Source: Polyangiaceae bacterium
GTDB taxonomy: Bacteria > Myxococcota_A > Polyangia > Polyangiales > Polyangiaceae
Direction of reading: 5' to 3'
Assembly (NCBI GenBank): GCA_965222375.1
Contig: CBDCTZ010000015.1
Coordinates: forward strand, 736,001 to 800,000
DNA length: 64,000 nucleotides
This document shows positions 9,783-20,495 of the stretch, in pieces. Both the position numbers and the translations under genes were made by a program. The notes under the pieces were generated by a model that had not been told where the DNA came from, did not search any database, and was given only the letters and a program-made list of their open reading frames with translations. Each line of letters opens with the position of its first letter. Within the stretch, counting starts at the first letter, position 1.

Positions 9783-10322
9783 GAGACCTCGATTGGCTTG
9801 AAGCGATGCGTTGTGAAAACAGGATGCGTCGCCCCGCGCCCCTGTCACGTGATCAGAACGCGAGCAGTTCATGAGCTCGGCCTCGAACTAGGTTTTCGTC
9901 AGGCGAAAAGCCCCATTCACATCGCCAGCAGCAAAGTCTCCGCCAGCGCCTGCGCCGCGACGTCATTCTGCGCAAGGTGCGCAGGTTTCGGACTGTCTCG
10001 GGGGGCACAGCCCGGTCTTGCGCTGGTTTTCCACTGGCATCGGTGTTGCTCGGGAATCCGCAATTCTCTTTGCGTCAGCATCTGGAGGCTTGAACGACCC
10101 ACCGATTCCCTTGGCCATACCGCTGCGCCGTATTCCTAGCCTGTTGGGGTTGGTCGTTCCCTGCGGGTGGCGGTGCTCCGGCCGGAGCATGCCATGCCAC
10201 AAACTCGACCGGGACCCAGCTCGCCACCGCAAAGACGCAAGCTCTTCCTGCAGGAAGCAACAAAAACCCTGCAGCCTGGGCGGTAGCTTTGCTCCGCGTC
10301 GGTCTCTCGCTATGATGCTTCT

Positions 10323-11267
10323 GTGAAAGCCAAAGTAGCGATGTTGTGCCTGATGGCTGCGTGCCATTTGACGCCGGAGGCGGTGGCTCAAATTAATTCC
10401 AACGCGACTGCGGATGCGCTGTTCCGAGACGCGGTCGCACTTGCCGACAAGGGCAAGTTCGAGCTGGCGATCCCGAGGTTTCAAGCCAGCTACGAGCTCG
10501 ACCCAGCGCACGGTACTTTGTTGGGTTGGGCCATGGCTGAAGAGGGCGCGCGGCGGCTCGCACAGGCGCTCTCGCGTTATCATGAGCTACTTGACGTTGC
10601 GCAGCGTTCTGGTGACATGCGCCGCGCCCGTGTGGCCAAGGAGCGTATCGCGTCGCTGGAACCTCGTGTGCCCAAGATCTTGATCGTTGCGCAAGAGGTT
10701 CCAACTGGTGCCAAGTTCAGTATCGATGGCCAACCGCTGCCCGCGGGAGTCGTAGGCACGCTCTTGCCGGTCGATCCCGGCGAACACACGCTGCGGGCAT
10801 CCACTCCCGGCAGCTGGACCTTCGAGGAGCTGATCACCGCAAAAGAATTCAAGACCGTTCGGGTGGACCTGGCCTGGGACAAGTTCCGCGTTACGTCTAC
10901 GCATTCATCGCCGAAGGACACTCCCGACAGCTCTCCACCTACGGCGTTGACTTCACTGCAGTTGGCAGGTCTGGCAGTTGGCGGAGCCGGGGTCCTCGCC
11001 GCAGGTCTGGGCACGTACTGGTACGTGGATGCTGGAAGCGACTTCGACGACGTAGAGTCAAGCTGCAACAACAACACTTGTCCGCCAAGCGCGGCAGGAC
11101 CCATCGAGAGCGGTCGTCGGAAGGAAAACATGGGGCGTATCAGCCTGATCCTCGGAGGTATCATGGCGGCGACAGGCGCAACCCTTTTTGTCATTGGTCG
11201 AGAAGAAAAGCCCCATATCGCTGCTACCGTTCGTCCCGGCGGGGTCTCTGTTGGCGGCAAATTCTGA
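10323..11267 (+). CDS. TPR plus PEGA-like membrane protein
   Basis: ADALFRDA...FQASYELDP TPR-like segment; VDPGEH; C-terminal hydrophobic helices; adjacent to a kinase; paralog at 57347. Confidence 0.8.
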   Translation: MKAKVAMLCLMAACHLTPEAVAQINSNATADALFRDAVALADKGKFELAIPRFQASYELDPAHGTLLGWAMAEEGARRLAQALSRYHELLDVAQRSGDMRRARVAKERIASLEPRVPKILIVAQEVPTGAKFSIDGQPLPAGVVGTLLPVDPGEHTLRASTPGSWTFEELITAKEFKTVRVDLAWDKFRVTSTHSSPKDTPDSSPPTALTSLQLAGLAVGGAGVLAAGLGTYWYVDAGSDFDDVESSCNNNTCPPSAAGPIESGRRKENMGRISLILGGIMAATGATLFVIGREEKPHIAATVRPGGVSVGGKF

Positions 11268-11321
11268 GGCGGCTCGCTCGAGTTTTGCCGCACCGCCCAG
11301 GATGCTACCCTAGCAGTTGGG

Positions 11322-12833
11322 ATGTCCGCGGCCGAGCCGAAGAAAGTTGTTGGGCGCTACGCGCTATATTCGGAGTTGGCTAGCGGTGGGATGGCTACGG
11401 TTCATATCGCACGCCTACTCGGAGAGGCAGGCTTTGCTCGAACAGTAGCGGTGAAGCGGTTGCACTCAGGCTTCGCAAAGGATCAACGATTCGTCTCCAT
11501 GTTCCTGGATGAGGCCCGCCTCGCTGCTCGGATCCGCCATCCGAACGTCGTGCCCGTGATTGACGTGGTCGCGGCAAGGGAGGAGCTGCTCCTGGTGATG
11601 GAGTTCGTTCAGGGAGAGGCCCTGTCGTCATTGTTGAGGTTGACAGCGCCGAAGGCGACGCCTCCGACCATTGCAGCGAAAATCGTGTGTGACATGCTGT
11701 ATGGGCTGCATGCAGCCCACGAAGCGACGGGCGAACAGGGGCAACCGCTGGATATCGTCCACAGGGACGTTTCCCCCCAAAACCTACTCGTCGGCGTCGA
11801 TGGTATCTCCCAAGTAACGGACTTTGGCATCGCGAAAGCCGCCAACCGTCTTGAGACCACCCGAGACGGACAGCTCAAGGGCAAGCTCGCGTACATGTCG
11901 CCAGAGCAACTGCGGGAACGACCCGTTGATCGGCGTACCGATGTGTACGCGGCGTCAGTGGTACTGTGGGAGATGCTCGCCGCCCGGCGGCTGTTCGCCA
12001 AGAGCGAACCCTGCGCAACGATTACGAGTGTGTTGAAGGGTGCGAATACGCCTCCGAGCGCTCATGCCGGAGTGCCGAGACAACTGGATGCAATCGTCAT
12101 GCGCGGTCTATCTGCAGATCCCCGGAGGCGGTGGGCAACAGCCAAAGAGATGGCAGTAGCCATCGAGCGCGCCAACCTGGTTGCGCCCGCTGCCGATGTG
12201 GCCGCCTGGGTCCAGAACGCCGCCGGCGCGTCTATTGCCACGCGAGCCCGGTATCTCTCAGAGCTGGAGAGTAGCTCGACTAGCGCTAGTAAGCGGGCGG
12301 CCAAGAGTTATGCATCGCGAATCTCGATAGCGGATGGCCACGGGGATGTCGCGGGAAAAACTCGAGTCGAGCCTGCGTCCAGGGCGCGCGGGCCGGCTCA
12401 TAGTCTGGTCTCGGGCGCGAATCTTTCGCGCACTGCCTTCGGGCCATTGGCACCCCGCCAAACCGCGGTGTGGGCAGCGGGCGCACTATCTGCAGTTGTG
12501 TTGCTAGCGGGGGTGGCGGTCATCGTAGTCCTGAATGCGCCGCAAATGCGAAGCGCTGAGGGCAGGACCGCAGGCCCAGGGCCTAGCGCCATAGCCTCTT
12601 CCCAGGCGCCCACTGCTCCGACTCCGGCGGCGGAGCAACAATCGGATCCCTCACTGCCTTTCTTCGGCGACTTCGACGCCGAGGTGCCTCACACCGCCAG
12701 GGATGCAAGTGTTGTGGGCGCTGGGGATGCCGCAATCGCAAGTTCTAGACCGCGGCCCCGTTGGTTTCCTCCGCGAGCGAAGCCGAAACCCAGTGCCTCC
12801 TCCTCGCCCTTCCAGGGCTTGTCACGAAAGTGA
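11322..12833 (+). CDS. Membrane-anchored Ser/Thr protein kinase
   Basis: ASGGMATV, VAVK, HRDVSPQN, DFG and YMSPE motifs; TM segment; Pro-rich tail. Confidence 0.95.
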   Translation: MSAAEPKKVVGRYALYSELASGGMATVHIARLLGEAGFARTVAVKRLHSGFAKDQRFVSMFLDEARLAARIRHPNVVPVIDVVAAREELLLVMEFVQGEALSSLLRLTAPKATPPTIAAKIVCDMLYGLHAAHEATGEQGQPLDIVHRDVSPQNLLVGVDGISQVTDFGIAKAANRLETTRDGQLKGKLAYMSPEQLRERPVDRRTDVYAASVVLWEMLAARRLFAKSEPCATITSVLKGANTPPSAHAGVPRQLDAIVMRGLSADPRRRWATAKEMAVAIERANLVAPAADVAAWVQNAAGASIATRARYLSELESSSTSASKRAAKSYASRISIADGHGDVAGKTRVEPASRARGPAHSLVSGANLSRTAFGPLAPRQTAVWAAGALSAVVLLAGVAVIVVLNAPQMRSAEGRTAGPGPSAIASSQAPTAPTPAAEQQSDPSLPFFGDFDAEVPHTARDASVVGAGDAAIASSRPRPRWFPPRAKPKPSASSSPFQGLSRK

Positions 12834-12983
12834 CAGGTGGGAAAGCACATTGGGTGATTGCCCTTTGTGCTTGGTGTAGCTGTCGTTGGCCAGGACGAGG
12901 AACCATCGGCTACCCGCCGGCACTTCGGATGCCGGCCCCGGCGCTGACGGTCGACAACGCCAGCGTCCCATACCCATTTGCGT

Positions 12984-15044
12984 TCACTCCAAGATGATCG
13001 GTGCGCCGCCGTTCGGATCCGGCATGAAGAAGCCGCCGCCCGGTGGCGGATTCGGGACCTGGTCGCGCAGGGCTTTGGCCTCGGCAACCACTTCAGACCA
13101 CGGGAGCGGTGGCAACGGCTGTCCCACAGCGGAATAGCTGTGTGCCGTTTGCTCCCGCGACAGGTTGAACGCGCGGTAGCACATGCCGTGGTGACGCTCG
13201 TGAAGGTTGCCCAGAGGAACGAACTGGTAGGCGCCGTTCTTCACCCAGCCGGCATCGGACAGGGCGAGGAAGGACGGAAAGTCGATGCCGTTCTTGTACA
13301 CGAACGTGTGTGAGTCCTCCTGCCACAAGTATTCAGCCTGTTCCTTGCGTCCCGCGATGACCTGCTGCGGCGTCAGCGCGGCTTGCGTCCCGTACTCCAA
13401 GGAAAAATCATCCGCTTCCTGCTCGGTCGTGTATCGCCCCAGATGGCGCTCTTCGATCGTCTTCAGCAAAGCTTGCTTGTCGTCGTCCAGCGGAGCCACG
13501 GCCGCTTGAAGCTCATTCAGCAGTTGCTCGAGCGTCGTGACGGTCGCCACGTCGGGGGGAGCAGTACCCTCGAGGTTCAGTTTGATGAGCTCAGTCTGGA
13601 TGGCTGAGCGTGACAGGGTGGCTGCCGACGCCGTGTCAGCAATGGTGATACCGCCGGCGCACGCACTCAGCTTTTCTTCGTATTCGAGGTACTTCGCTTC
13701 GGCGTTTGCCGACACATTTCCACACCCGAAGCAGGCGAACTCGTCTTTCCACGTCGGTTCTACGGTCGCGAGGGCGGCGTCACATGGGCAGCCGCTGGTG
13801 CATGCGCTCTTCAACAAGGTATCGACCAGCGATTGCAATACGAAGCGGGTGAGCCGCGGGCTGTAGGCCTGGCCGGGGACGGTTGGTATTGGATACGAAA
13901 AGACGCGTCGTAGTTCCGCCTGAATCTGGTTCGAGTCGCTCGCCGGGGAGGCTGGGGCGCTGGTCGGTGCTTCGCCTTGCTCGTACCAAAAATCGAACCG
14001 ATCAGAAATGGACGCGGTTAGCGCGTGGGCGTTGTAGTAGTGGCCAAGCTCATGGGCGAGGGTGCCGACTACGGATGCCTCGCTCTTGGAGATTGCGATC
14101 ATCTCGGAACTGAAGTGAACATAGGGTGAAGTTGCGTAGAAGATGCCTTCGTCCGCTCCGGTGTTTTGACCCTTGTATTCGCAGGAGTCACCGCTCACGT
14201 GAACGACGCCCCCCTCCAGCGACAGCTGGCACTTGCCGCCGAGCTGGTTGAAGCTCTCCACGAAGCCGACCACCTCCGTCGACCAGGTGGCATCCACGCA
14301 ACGCATGGGGCCGGCATGGATGAATTGCCCGAGTAGGCGATCCTTGACGCCATCAGGAAGTAGTACGACTCTTGGCTGAGACCGCTCGGGGCGCGCCTCG
14401 CCAACGTCGATGGCAACTGGGGCTTTTACACAGGTGGGGATGCCGCTGACCCATGCGTTCGGCGATCTCGCGGGGCGGATCACGACGACCGGTGGTGGGA
14501 TGACGTTTTCCGCCGCGGGATTGTTCTTCACGACCGCCGCGTGTATGCGGTCGGCCCACACTTGTAGTTGCGCGACCGTTCGGTGCGCTGGCGTGCCCGG
14601 CGCGACTGGATCGCCCACAGGAAAAGGAGGCTTGGTGGCATGCGAGAGGAAGTCGCTGTACGACGATTCGACCCACAAATACGGAGATGCGGCGGTCTGA
14701 AGGTGGGTGGCGCCGGAGGTGCAGACACCTTGATAGTCGCTACAGCAGTCGCCGTAGCCGACACAAGCGGAGTCGCAATAGCAGTTGCCTTGTGATTTTC
14801 CTCCGCAATGATCCCCGGCCGGTGTTCTGCAGGAGCCCGCGTTGTCCGCCTTGCCGATCGGACCGCGGTCATCCGGAGGGTTCGGCGTATCCGCTGCGGC
14901 GCTGTCGTCCAGGCTGGAGCAGGCGCTGCTCAAGAGGCCGAAGGCCAGGAGAGCGCTAGCGATGCTGCGGCGTGGCGCCGTGGCGCCGCGCCTCGGCAAG
15001 GACTCGTCGGGCTGAGGGTGTGCGGTGCGGTCGGTAGAAGACAT
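12984..15044 (-). CDS. Lipoprotein: somatomedin-B-like domain plus M48-like zinc metallopeptidase
   Basis: Lipobox SSAC; CYCDSACVGYGDCCSDY; PNAW, LAHELGH (HExxH) and EQEADDF. Confidence 0.8.
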   Translation of the reverse strand: MSSTDRTAHPQPDESLPRRGATAPRRSIASALLAFGLLSSACSSLDDSAAADTPNPPDDRGPIGKADNAGSCRTPAGDHCGGKSQGNCYCDSACVGYGDCCSDYQGVCTSGATHLQTAASPYLWVESSYSDFLSHATKPPFPVGDPVAPGTPAHRTVAQLQVWADRIHAAVVKNNPAAENVIPPPVVVIRPARSPNAWVSGIPTCVKAPVAIDVGEARPERSQPRVVLLPDGVKDRLLGQFIHAGPMRCVDATWSTEVVGFVESFNQLGGKCQLSLEGGVVHVSGDSCEYKGQNTGADEGIFYATSPYVHFSSEMIAISKSEASVVGTLAHELGHYYNAHALTASISDRFDFWYEQGEAPTSAPASPASDSNQIQAELRRVFSYPIPTVPGQAYSPRLTRFVLQSLVDTLLKSACTSGCPCDAALATVEPTWKDEFACFGCGNVSANAEAKYLEYEEKLSACAGGITIADTASAATLSRSAIQTELIKLNLEGTAPPDVATVTTLEQLLNELQAAVAPLDDDKQALLKTIEERHLGRYTTEQEADDFSLEYGTQAALTPQQVIAGRKEQAEYLWQEDSHTFVYKNGIDFPSFLALSDAGWVKNGAYQFVPLGNLHERHHGMCYRAFNLSREQTAHSYSAVGQPLPPLPWSEVVAEAKALRDQVPNPPPGGGFFMPDPNGGAPIILE

Positions 15045-15107
15045 TTCCCGTATTCCTTTTGAAGTTGGCGATCTACGCGCAGCGGCGCTGATTTTTCGGT
15101 CCCCGGC

Positions 15108-16103
15108 TCATGGATTGCAACTCGTGGGCACGCCGGCAGACACGGCGAGGTTCACCATGCACGTTTGGTTGTAAGAGGGCTTGGTGCAGTTCGTGATGCC
15201 GTTCTCGTAGTCGCCTCGTCGTCGGATTGCCCTTGTCAAGCAATCGCGACGCGGATCGTGTCCAACCACGAGCGGCAGCGCGACACAATTGGCAGTCGAG
15301 GCTTGCTGGGAGGGGCAGGAGCCCCCTCCAGCGTTGTACGGCACGACGCACAGGTTGTTGGGATTCGGTGAAACGATCCAGTTGTTCGGCGCAGGTAACG
15401 GGGCGCCGGGACAATGAGATGGACAGAACCGTCCAACCGCCCAGCATTCCCCGCCGCAGTCGATGCCTAACTCGATACCCTCCTTCTTCTTGTTGTAGCA
15501 GGTCGGACACTTAGAACAGCCGCCGCCGCAGTCCACTTCTTTCTCGTTGGCGTTCTTTTTGCCGTCACCGCAGCACGGGGGGCAGCTGCCACCGCAGTCC
15601 ACTCCGAACTCGTCACCGTCCTTCTTGCCGTTTTTGCAGCAATTGAGCGCAGGCGTTTCGCAACCGTTATCGGGTTTGCCATCGCAGTCGGCAAAGCCTG
15701 GGGAGCACGTGATCGAGCACTTACCATTCTTACATGCCGCTTTGCCGTTTGTGCTGTTGCACTGCACCTCACAGTCGCCACAGTTGTTGACGTCGTTATC
15801 CGAATTGACTTCGCAGGTGAGGTCATCATCACAGTCTCGCCAGGTGAATGGCACGCAGATGTTGGGCTTACATGTGCCCTTGCTGCAGATTTTTCCTTCG
15901 TCGGTGCAGTTCTTGCCACACCTCCCACAGTTTTCACTGGTCCGCAAATCGGTTTCACACTTGGTTTCGGGTATACCGTCGCACTCGGCCTCCACGCCCG
16001 GCGTGCATTGGCTAATCACCAGCCCATCCCAGTCTCGAGAACAGCTCACTATCATTCCCAAGCCAATGAAGAGCAACGCAAGGAGTGGGCCGCGCAATCG
16101 CAT
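15108..16103 (-). CDS. Cys-rich repeat lipoprotein, array gene A
   Basis: MRLRGPLLALLFIGLGMIVSC signal peptide; NCGxC and KNGxExxxDCGG repeats; shared C-terminal DPRRDCL domain. Confidence 0.9.
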   Translation of the reverse strand: MRLRGPLLALLFIGLGMIVSCSRDWDGLVISQCTPGVEAECDGIPETKCETDLRTSENCGRCGKNCTDEGKICSKGTCKPNICVPFTWRDCDDDLTCEVNSDNDVNNCGDCEVQCNSTNGKAACKNGKCSITCSPGFADCDGKPDNGCETPALNCCKNGKKDGDEFGVDCGGSCPPCCGDGKKNANEKEVDCGGGCSKCPTCYNKKKEGIELGIDCGGECWAVGRFCPSHCPGAPLPAPNNWIVSPNPNNLCVVPYNAGGGSCPSQQASTANCVALPLVVGHDPRRDCLTRAIRRRGDYENGITNCTKPSYNQTCMVNLAVSAGVPTSCNP

Positions 16104-16239
16104 CTGGTTGGTCTAGCGCTCCTTTCCTCGTCTTTCGAGGCGCCATCGCTGAGGACCATCGCAACGGGTCCTACGGAGCCACAACGGGCTCCGCAAGACC
16201 GAGTCGGTGGCAAGCTGGTGCAAAGCACGCGACAGCTCC
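16104..16239 (-). repeat. Conserved intergenic spacer 1 of the Cys-rich array (three hairpins plus RBS)
   Basis: Near-identical to 17596-17722 and 19136-19271; stems at 16126-16140, 16152-16172 and 16174-16193. Confidence 0.9.
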
Positions 16240-17595
16240 TCATGGGCAGCTCTGGGGCACGCCAACATTTTTTGCCAGATTTTTGAAGCAAGACTCGTTG
16301 TAGGACAGGCACTGGTTGATCTGGGATTGGGTGCCGCCTTTCTGCCTGATCTTCCGGATCAGACAATCACGACGCGGATCAGGATATCCACCCCACATTG
16401 GCAGTTCGAGACAGTCGTCGATGGAGGCTTGGGGAGATGGGCAGGCAAAGGACGGCTTGCCCACAAGAGCAACAGTGTGGGGCACGACGCACTTGTTTGA
16501 TGGATTCGGCCAGACCTTCCAGTTGAGCTCAGCAACGTATGGCGGAAGGTTGGAGACATAGTGGGCCTTCGGACATTGAAATGGACAGAATCTTCCAATC
16601 TCGCCGCATATTCCTCCACCGCAGTCGATGCCAGACTCGCCGTTGTCCTTCTTCCCGTTCCTGCAGGCCGGACACTTGAAACAGCCGCCGCCGCAGTCCA
16701 CTGCGGTCTCGTTGCCGTTCTTCTTTCCATCGCCGCAGCACGCGGGGCAGCTCCCGCCGCAGTCGATGCCCTTCTCCCCGAATCCGGGGTTTTGGACCCC
16801 ATTCTTGCAGAACCAGCACACCGGGCAGCTGCCGCCGCAGTCCTTGTAGGTTTCATCGCCATTCTTCACGCCATCGTTGCAGGTTGGTGGGCATGGGGGG
16901 CAGTTGCCGCCGCAGTCGACTCCGGTTTCGTTGCCGTTCTTCACACCGTCCTTGCAGCAGCTGGGTGCGGGTGTTTCGCAACCGTTGTTAGGTTTGGCGT
17001 CGCAATCGCTATAACCTGGCAGGCAGGCTGCATAGCCACAGTTGCCGGCGCTACATATGGGTTTCGTGACGTTCTGGGGCGTGCAGCCGGCGCCACACGC
17101 TCCACAGTGAGCCACATCGTCACTCAGATTGGTTTCACAACCGGTGGTGACCAGGCCGTCGCAGTCGCTAAAGCCCGGGACGCACGTGATCGTGCACTGA
17201 CGATTCGTACACGCCGCTTCACCGTTTGTGCTGTTGCACACTATGTCGCACCCGCCACAATTGTTGACTTTGGTTAGGTCAGTTTCGCAGCCAGTGTTTG
17301 GATCTTTATCGCAGTCGAATGTGTGTATTGGCTTGCATCTGTTAAGAACACATCTGCCCCCGTCGCAAACCCACCCAGGGCCCTTCTTGGCTTCGCAGTT
17401 GTTGTCGCAGCTGCCACAGTTTTTCGCGTCCGACTGCAGTCGCGCTTCACACCCGTCCTCGGGTCTGCGGTTGCAGTCAGCCTCGAAGCGCAAGTCGCAC
17501 TGGCCGATCGCAAACCCATCCCAGTCTCGAGAACAGCTCACTATCATTCCCAAGCCAATGAAGAGCAACGCAAGGAGTGGGCCGCGCAATCGCAT
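16240..17595 (-). CDS. Cys-rich repeat lipoprotein, array gene B
   Basis: Same signal peptide as A; central block near-identical to C; divergent C-terminal domain. Confidence 0.9.
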   Translation of the reverse strand: MRLRGPLLALLFIGLGMIVSCSRDWDGFAIGQCDLRFEADCNRRPEDGCEARLQSDAKNCGSCDNNCEAKKGPGWVCDGGRCVLNRCKPIHTFDCDKDPNTGCETDLTKVNNCGGCDIVCNSTNGEAACTNRQCTITCVPGFSDCDGLVTTGCETNLSDDVAHCGACGAGCTPQNVTKPICSAGNCGYAACLPGYSDCDAKPNNGCETPAPSCCKDGVKNGNETGVDCGGNCPPCPPTCNDGVKNGDETYKDCGGSCPVCWFCKNGVQNPGFGEKGIDCGGSCPACCGDGKKNGNETAVDCGGGCFKCPACRNGKKDNGESGIDCGGGICGEIGRFCPFQCPKAHYVSNLPPYVAELNWKVWPNPSNKCVVPHTVALVGKPSFACPSPQASIDDCLELPMWGGYPDPRRDCLIRKIRQKGGTQSQINQCLSYNESCFKNLAKNVGVPQSCP

Positions 17596-17722
17596 CTGGT
17601 TGGTCTAGCGCTCCTTTCCTCGTCTTTCGAGGCCATCGCTGAGGACCATCGCAACGGGTCCTACGGAGCCACAACGGGCTCCGCAAGACCGAGTCGTGAG
17701 TTGGCGCAAAGCACGCAGCTCC
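17596..17722 (-). repeat. Conserved intergenic spacer 2
   Basis: ctggttggtctagcgctcctttcctcg...ggagccacaacgggctccgcaagaccgagtcg. Confidence 0.9.
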
Positions 17723-19135
17723 TCATGGATTGCAACTCGTGGGCACGCCGGCAGACACGGCGAGGTTCACCATGCACGTTTGGTTGTAAGAGGGCTTGGT
17801 GCAATTCGTGATGCCGTTCTCGTAGTCGCCTCGGCGTCGGATTGCCCTTATCAAGCAATCGCGACGCGGATCGTGTCCAACCACGAGCGGCAGCGCGACA
17901 CAATTGGCAGTCGAGGCTTGCTGGGAGGGGCAGGAGCCCCCTCCAGCGTTGTACGGCACGACGCACAGGTTGTTGGGATTCGGTGAGACGATCCAGTTGT
18001 TCGGCGCAGGTAACGGGGCGCCGGAACAATGAGATGGACAGAACCGTCCAACCGCCCAGCATTCCCCGCCGCAGTCGATGCCTAACTCGATACCCTCCTT
18101 CTTCTTGTTGTAGCAGGTCGGACACTTAGAACAGCCGCCGCCGCAGTCCACTTCTTTCTCGTTGGCGTTCTTTTTGCCGTCACCGCAGCACGCGGGGCAG
18201 CTCCCGCCGCAGTCCTTGTAGGTCTCATCGCCATTCTTCACGCCATCGTTGCAAGTTGGGCATGCTGCAGGGCAGGGTCCCCCGCAGTCGATGCCCTTCT
18301 CCCCGAATCCGGGGTTGTGTTTCCCATTCTTGCAGAACCAGCACACGCCGCAGCTGCCGCCGCAGTCCTTGTAGGTTTCGTTGCCGTTCTTCACGCCATC
18401 GTTGCAGGTTGGTGGGCATGCGGGGCAGTTGCCGCCGCAGTCGACTCCGGTTTCGTTGCCGTTCTTCTCACCGTCCTTGCAGGATGCGCAGCTGGGTGCG
18501 GGTGTTTCGCAACCGTTGTCAGGTTTGGCGTCGCAATCGCTATAACCTGGCAGGCAGGCTGCATAGCCACAGTTGCCGGCGCTACATATGGGTTTCGTGA
18601 CGTTCTGGGGCGTGCAGCCGACGCCACACGCTCCACAGTGAGCCACATCGTCACTCAGATTGGTTTCACAACCGGTGGTGACCAGGCCGTCGCAGTCGCC
18701 AAAGCCTGGGGAGCACATGATCGTGCACTGACCATTCGTACACGCCGCTTTACCGTTTGTGCTGTCGCACGGCCGGCCGCACCCACCACAGTTGTTGACG
18801 TCCGTCGCCGAATCGACTTCGCAGCCGTCCGGTCCAGTGGCGGAGAGGCCATCACAGTCTCGCAAGTTGAACGGCATGCAGAGATTCAAGTCACACTTGC
18901 CCTTGATGCAGATGCGGTCGTTTCCCTTGTCTTTGCAGTTGTTGTCACACCTCCCACAGTTTTCGTCGTCCCGTCGCAACTTGGTTTCACACCCGTCCTC
19001 GGGTCTTTCGTTGCAGTCGGCGTTCACGCCCGGTGTGCATTGGCTAATCACCAGCCCATCCCAGTCTCGAGAACAACTCACTATCATTCCCAAGCCAATG
19101 AAGAGCAACGCAAGGAGTAGGCCGCGCAATCGCAT
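17723..19135 (-). CDS. Cys-rich repeat lipoprotein, array gene C
   Basis: Signal peptide as in A/B (one P to L change); last ~470 nt near-identical to A; middle shared with B and D. Confidence 0.9.
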   Translation of the reverse strand: MRLRGLLLALLFIGLGMIVSCSRDWDGLVISQCTPGVNADCNERPEDGCETKLRRDDENCGRCDNNCKDKGNDRICIKGKCDLNLCMPFNLRDCDGLSATGPDGCEVDSATDVNNCGGCGRPCDSTNGKAACTNGQCTIMCSPGFGDCDGLVTTGCETNLSDDVAHCGACGVGCTPQNVTKPICSAGNCGYAACLPGYSDCDAKPDNGCETPAPSCASCKDGEKNGNETGVDCGGNCPACPPTCNDGVKNGNETYKDCGGSCGVCWFCKNGKHNPGFGEKGIDCGGPCPAACPTCNDGVKNGDETYKDCGGSCPACCGDGKKNANEKEVDCGGGCSKCPTCYNKKKEGIELGIDCGGECWAVGRFCPSHCSGAPLPAPNNWIVSPNPNNLCVVPYNAGGGSCPSQQASTANCVALPLVVGHDPRRDCLIRAIRRRGDYENGITNCTKPSYNQTCMVNLAVSAGVPTSCNP

Positions 19136-19271
19136 CTGGTTAGTCTAGCGCTCCTTTCCTCGTCTTTCGAGGCCATCGCTGAGGACCATCGCCACGGGTC
19201 CTACGGAGCCACAACGGGCTCCGCAAGACCGAGTCGAGTCGGTGGTGAGTCGGCGCAAAGCGCGCGACAGC
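19136..19271 (-). repeat. Conserved intergenic spacer 3
   Basis: Same sequence as spacers 1 and 2 with few substitutions; stems preserved. Confidence 0.9.
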
Positions 19272-20495
19272 TCATGGGCAGCTCTGGGGCACGCCGGCAT
19301 ACACCGCCAGGTTGACCATGCACTGTTGGTTGTAAGAGGGCTTCAAACAAGCCGCGATTCCAGTCTCGAAGTTGCCCCGTGTTCGGATCTTCCTGATCAG
19401 GCAGTCCCGGCGCGGGTCGTGAGAACCCCCCAGCATCGGGACCGCGAGACAATTGGCAATCGAGGCTTGCAAGGAGGGGCAGGCAGCCTTGCGATCGGTG
19501 TAGGGCACGACGCACGGATTCTTCGGGTCCGGCCAGACGATCCAGTTGTCTTGTGGCGGCACCGGGCCGGTGGGACATTGAACTGGACAGAACCGGCCAA
19601 CTGCAAGGCATGATCCACCGCAGTCGATGCCAGTCTCGTTGCCGTTCTTCTTCTTGTCGTAGCAGGAGGTCTGGCACGGCGGGCAGCTCCCGCCGCAGTC
19701 GATGCCAGTCTCGTTGCCGTTCTTCTTCCCGTCCTTGCACGTCGAACACGCTGGGCAGCTCCCGCCGCAGTCGATGCCAGTCTCGTTGCCGTTCTTCTTC
19801 CCGTCCTTGCAAGTTGGGCATGCTGCGGGGCAGGGTCCCCCGCAGTCGACGCCCTTCTCCCCGACTCCGGGGTTGTGTTTCCCATTCTTGCAGAACCAGC
19901 ACACGCCGCAGCTGCCGCCGCAGTCCTTGTAGGTCTCATCGCCATTCTTCACGCCATCGTTGCAAGTTGGGCATGCTGCAGGGCAGGGTCCCCCGCAGTC
20001 GATGCCCTCCTCCCCGACTCCGGGGTTTTGGACCCCATTCTTGCAGAACCAGCACACGGGGCAGCTGCCGCCGCAGTCCTTGTAGGTTTCATCGCCATTC
20101 TTCACGCCATCGTTGCAGGTCGCTGCTGGCTGGCCGCCACTGCCCCCTGACGACCCGCCGCCAGCTCCGGCTGTGCCAGAACTGCCACCGCTGCCGATTG
20201 GGCAGTCCGGACAGATGGCGCCGCCACAGTCGATACCGGTTTCGGTGCCGTTCTTGATGCCATCCTTGCAGGTGGACGTATAGCCACCGCTGCCCCCTAG
20301 CGATCCGCCGTCAGCTCCGGCTGCACCAGAGGCGCCACCAAAACCTGGGGTTCTCCCGGGCTCCTCCGAAGTATCGGCCGCGCACGCCACCGCCACGGCA
20401 AACGTCACCGCTAGTGCGAAGCCGCGCTCAATGCGCGAACGCACGGAGCGATCCGGCGTCGATTTCTCGTTGTGATTCGTGTTGGTGTGATGCAT
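19272..20495 (-). CDS. Cys-rich repeat lipoprotein, array gene D (first transcribed; distinct N-terminus with Gly linkers)
   Basis: AVAVAC lipobox-like motif; about eight CxDGxKNGxETxxDCGG-type repeats; DPRRDCL C-terminal domain. Confidence 0.85.
   Translation of the reverse strand: MHHTNTNHNEKSTPDRSVRSRIERGFALAVTFAVAVACAADTSEEPGRTPGFGGASGAAGADGGSLGGSGGYTSTCKDGIKNGTETGIDCGGAICPDCPIGSGGSSGTAGAGGGSSGGSGGQPAATCNDGVKNGDETYKDCGGSCPVCWFCKNGVQNPGVGEEGIDCGGPCPAACPTCNDGVKNGDETYKDCGGSCGVCWFCKNGKHNPGVGEKGVDCGGPCPAACPTCKDGKKNGNETGIDCGGSCPACSTCKDGKKNGNETGIDCGGSCPPCQTSCYDKKKNGNETGIDCGGSCLAVGRFCPVQCPTGPVPPQDNWIVWPDPKNPCVVPYTDRKAACPSLQASIANCLAVPMLGGSHDPRRDCLIRKIRTRGNFETGIAACLKPSYNQQCMVNLAVYAGVPQSCP

Noticed and set aside
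15108..18190. Near-identical 3' ends of genes A and C as a DGR template/variable repeat pair
   Set aside because: No reverse transcriptase in the window, both copies are coding, and the few differences do not show dense adenine-specific mutagenesis
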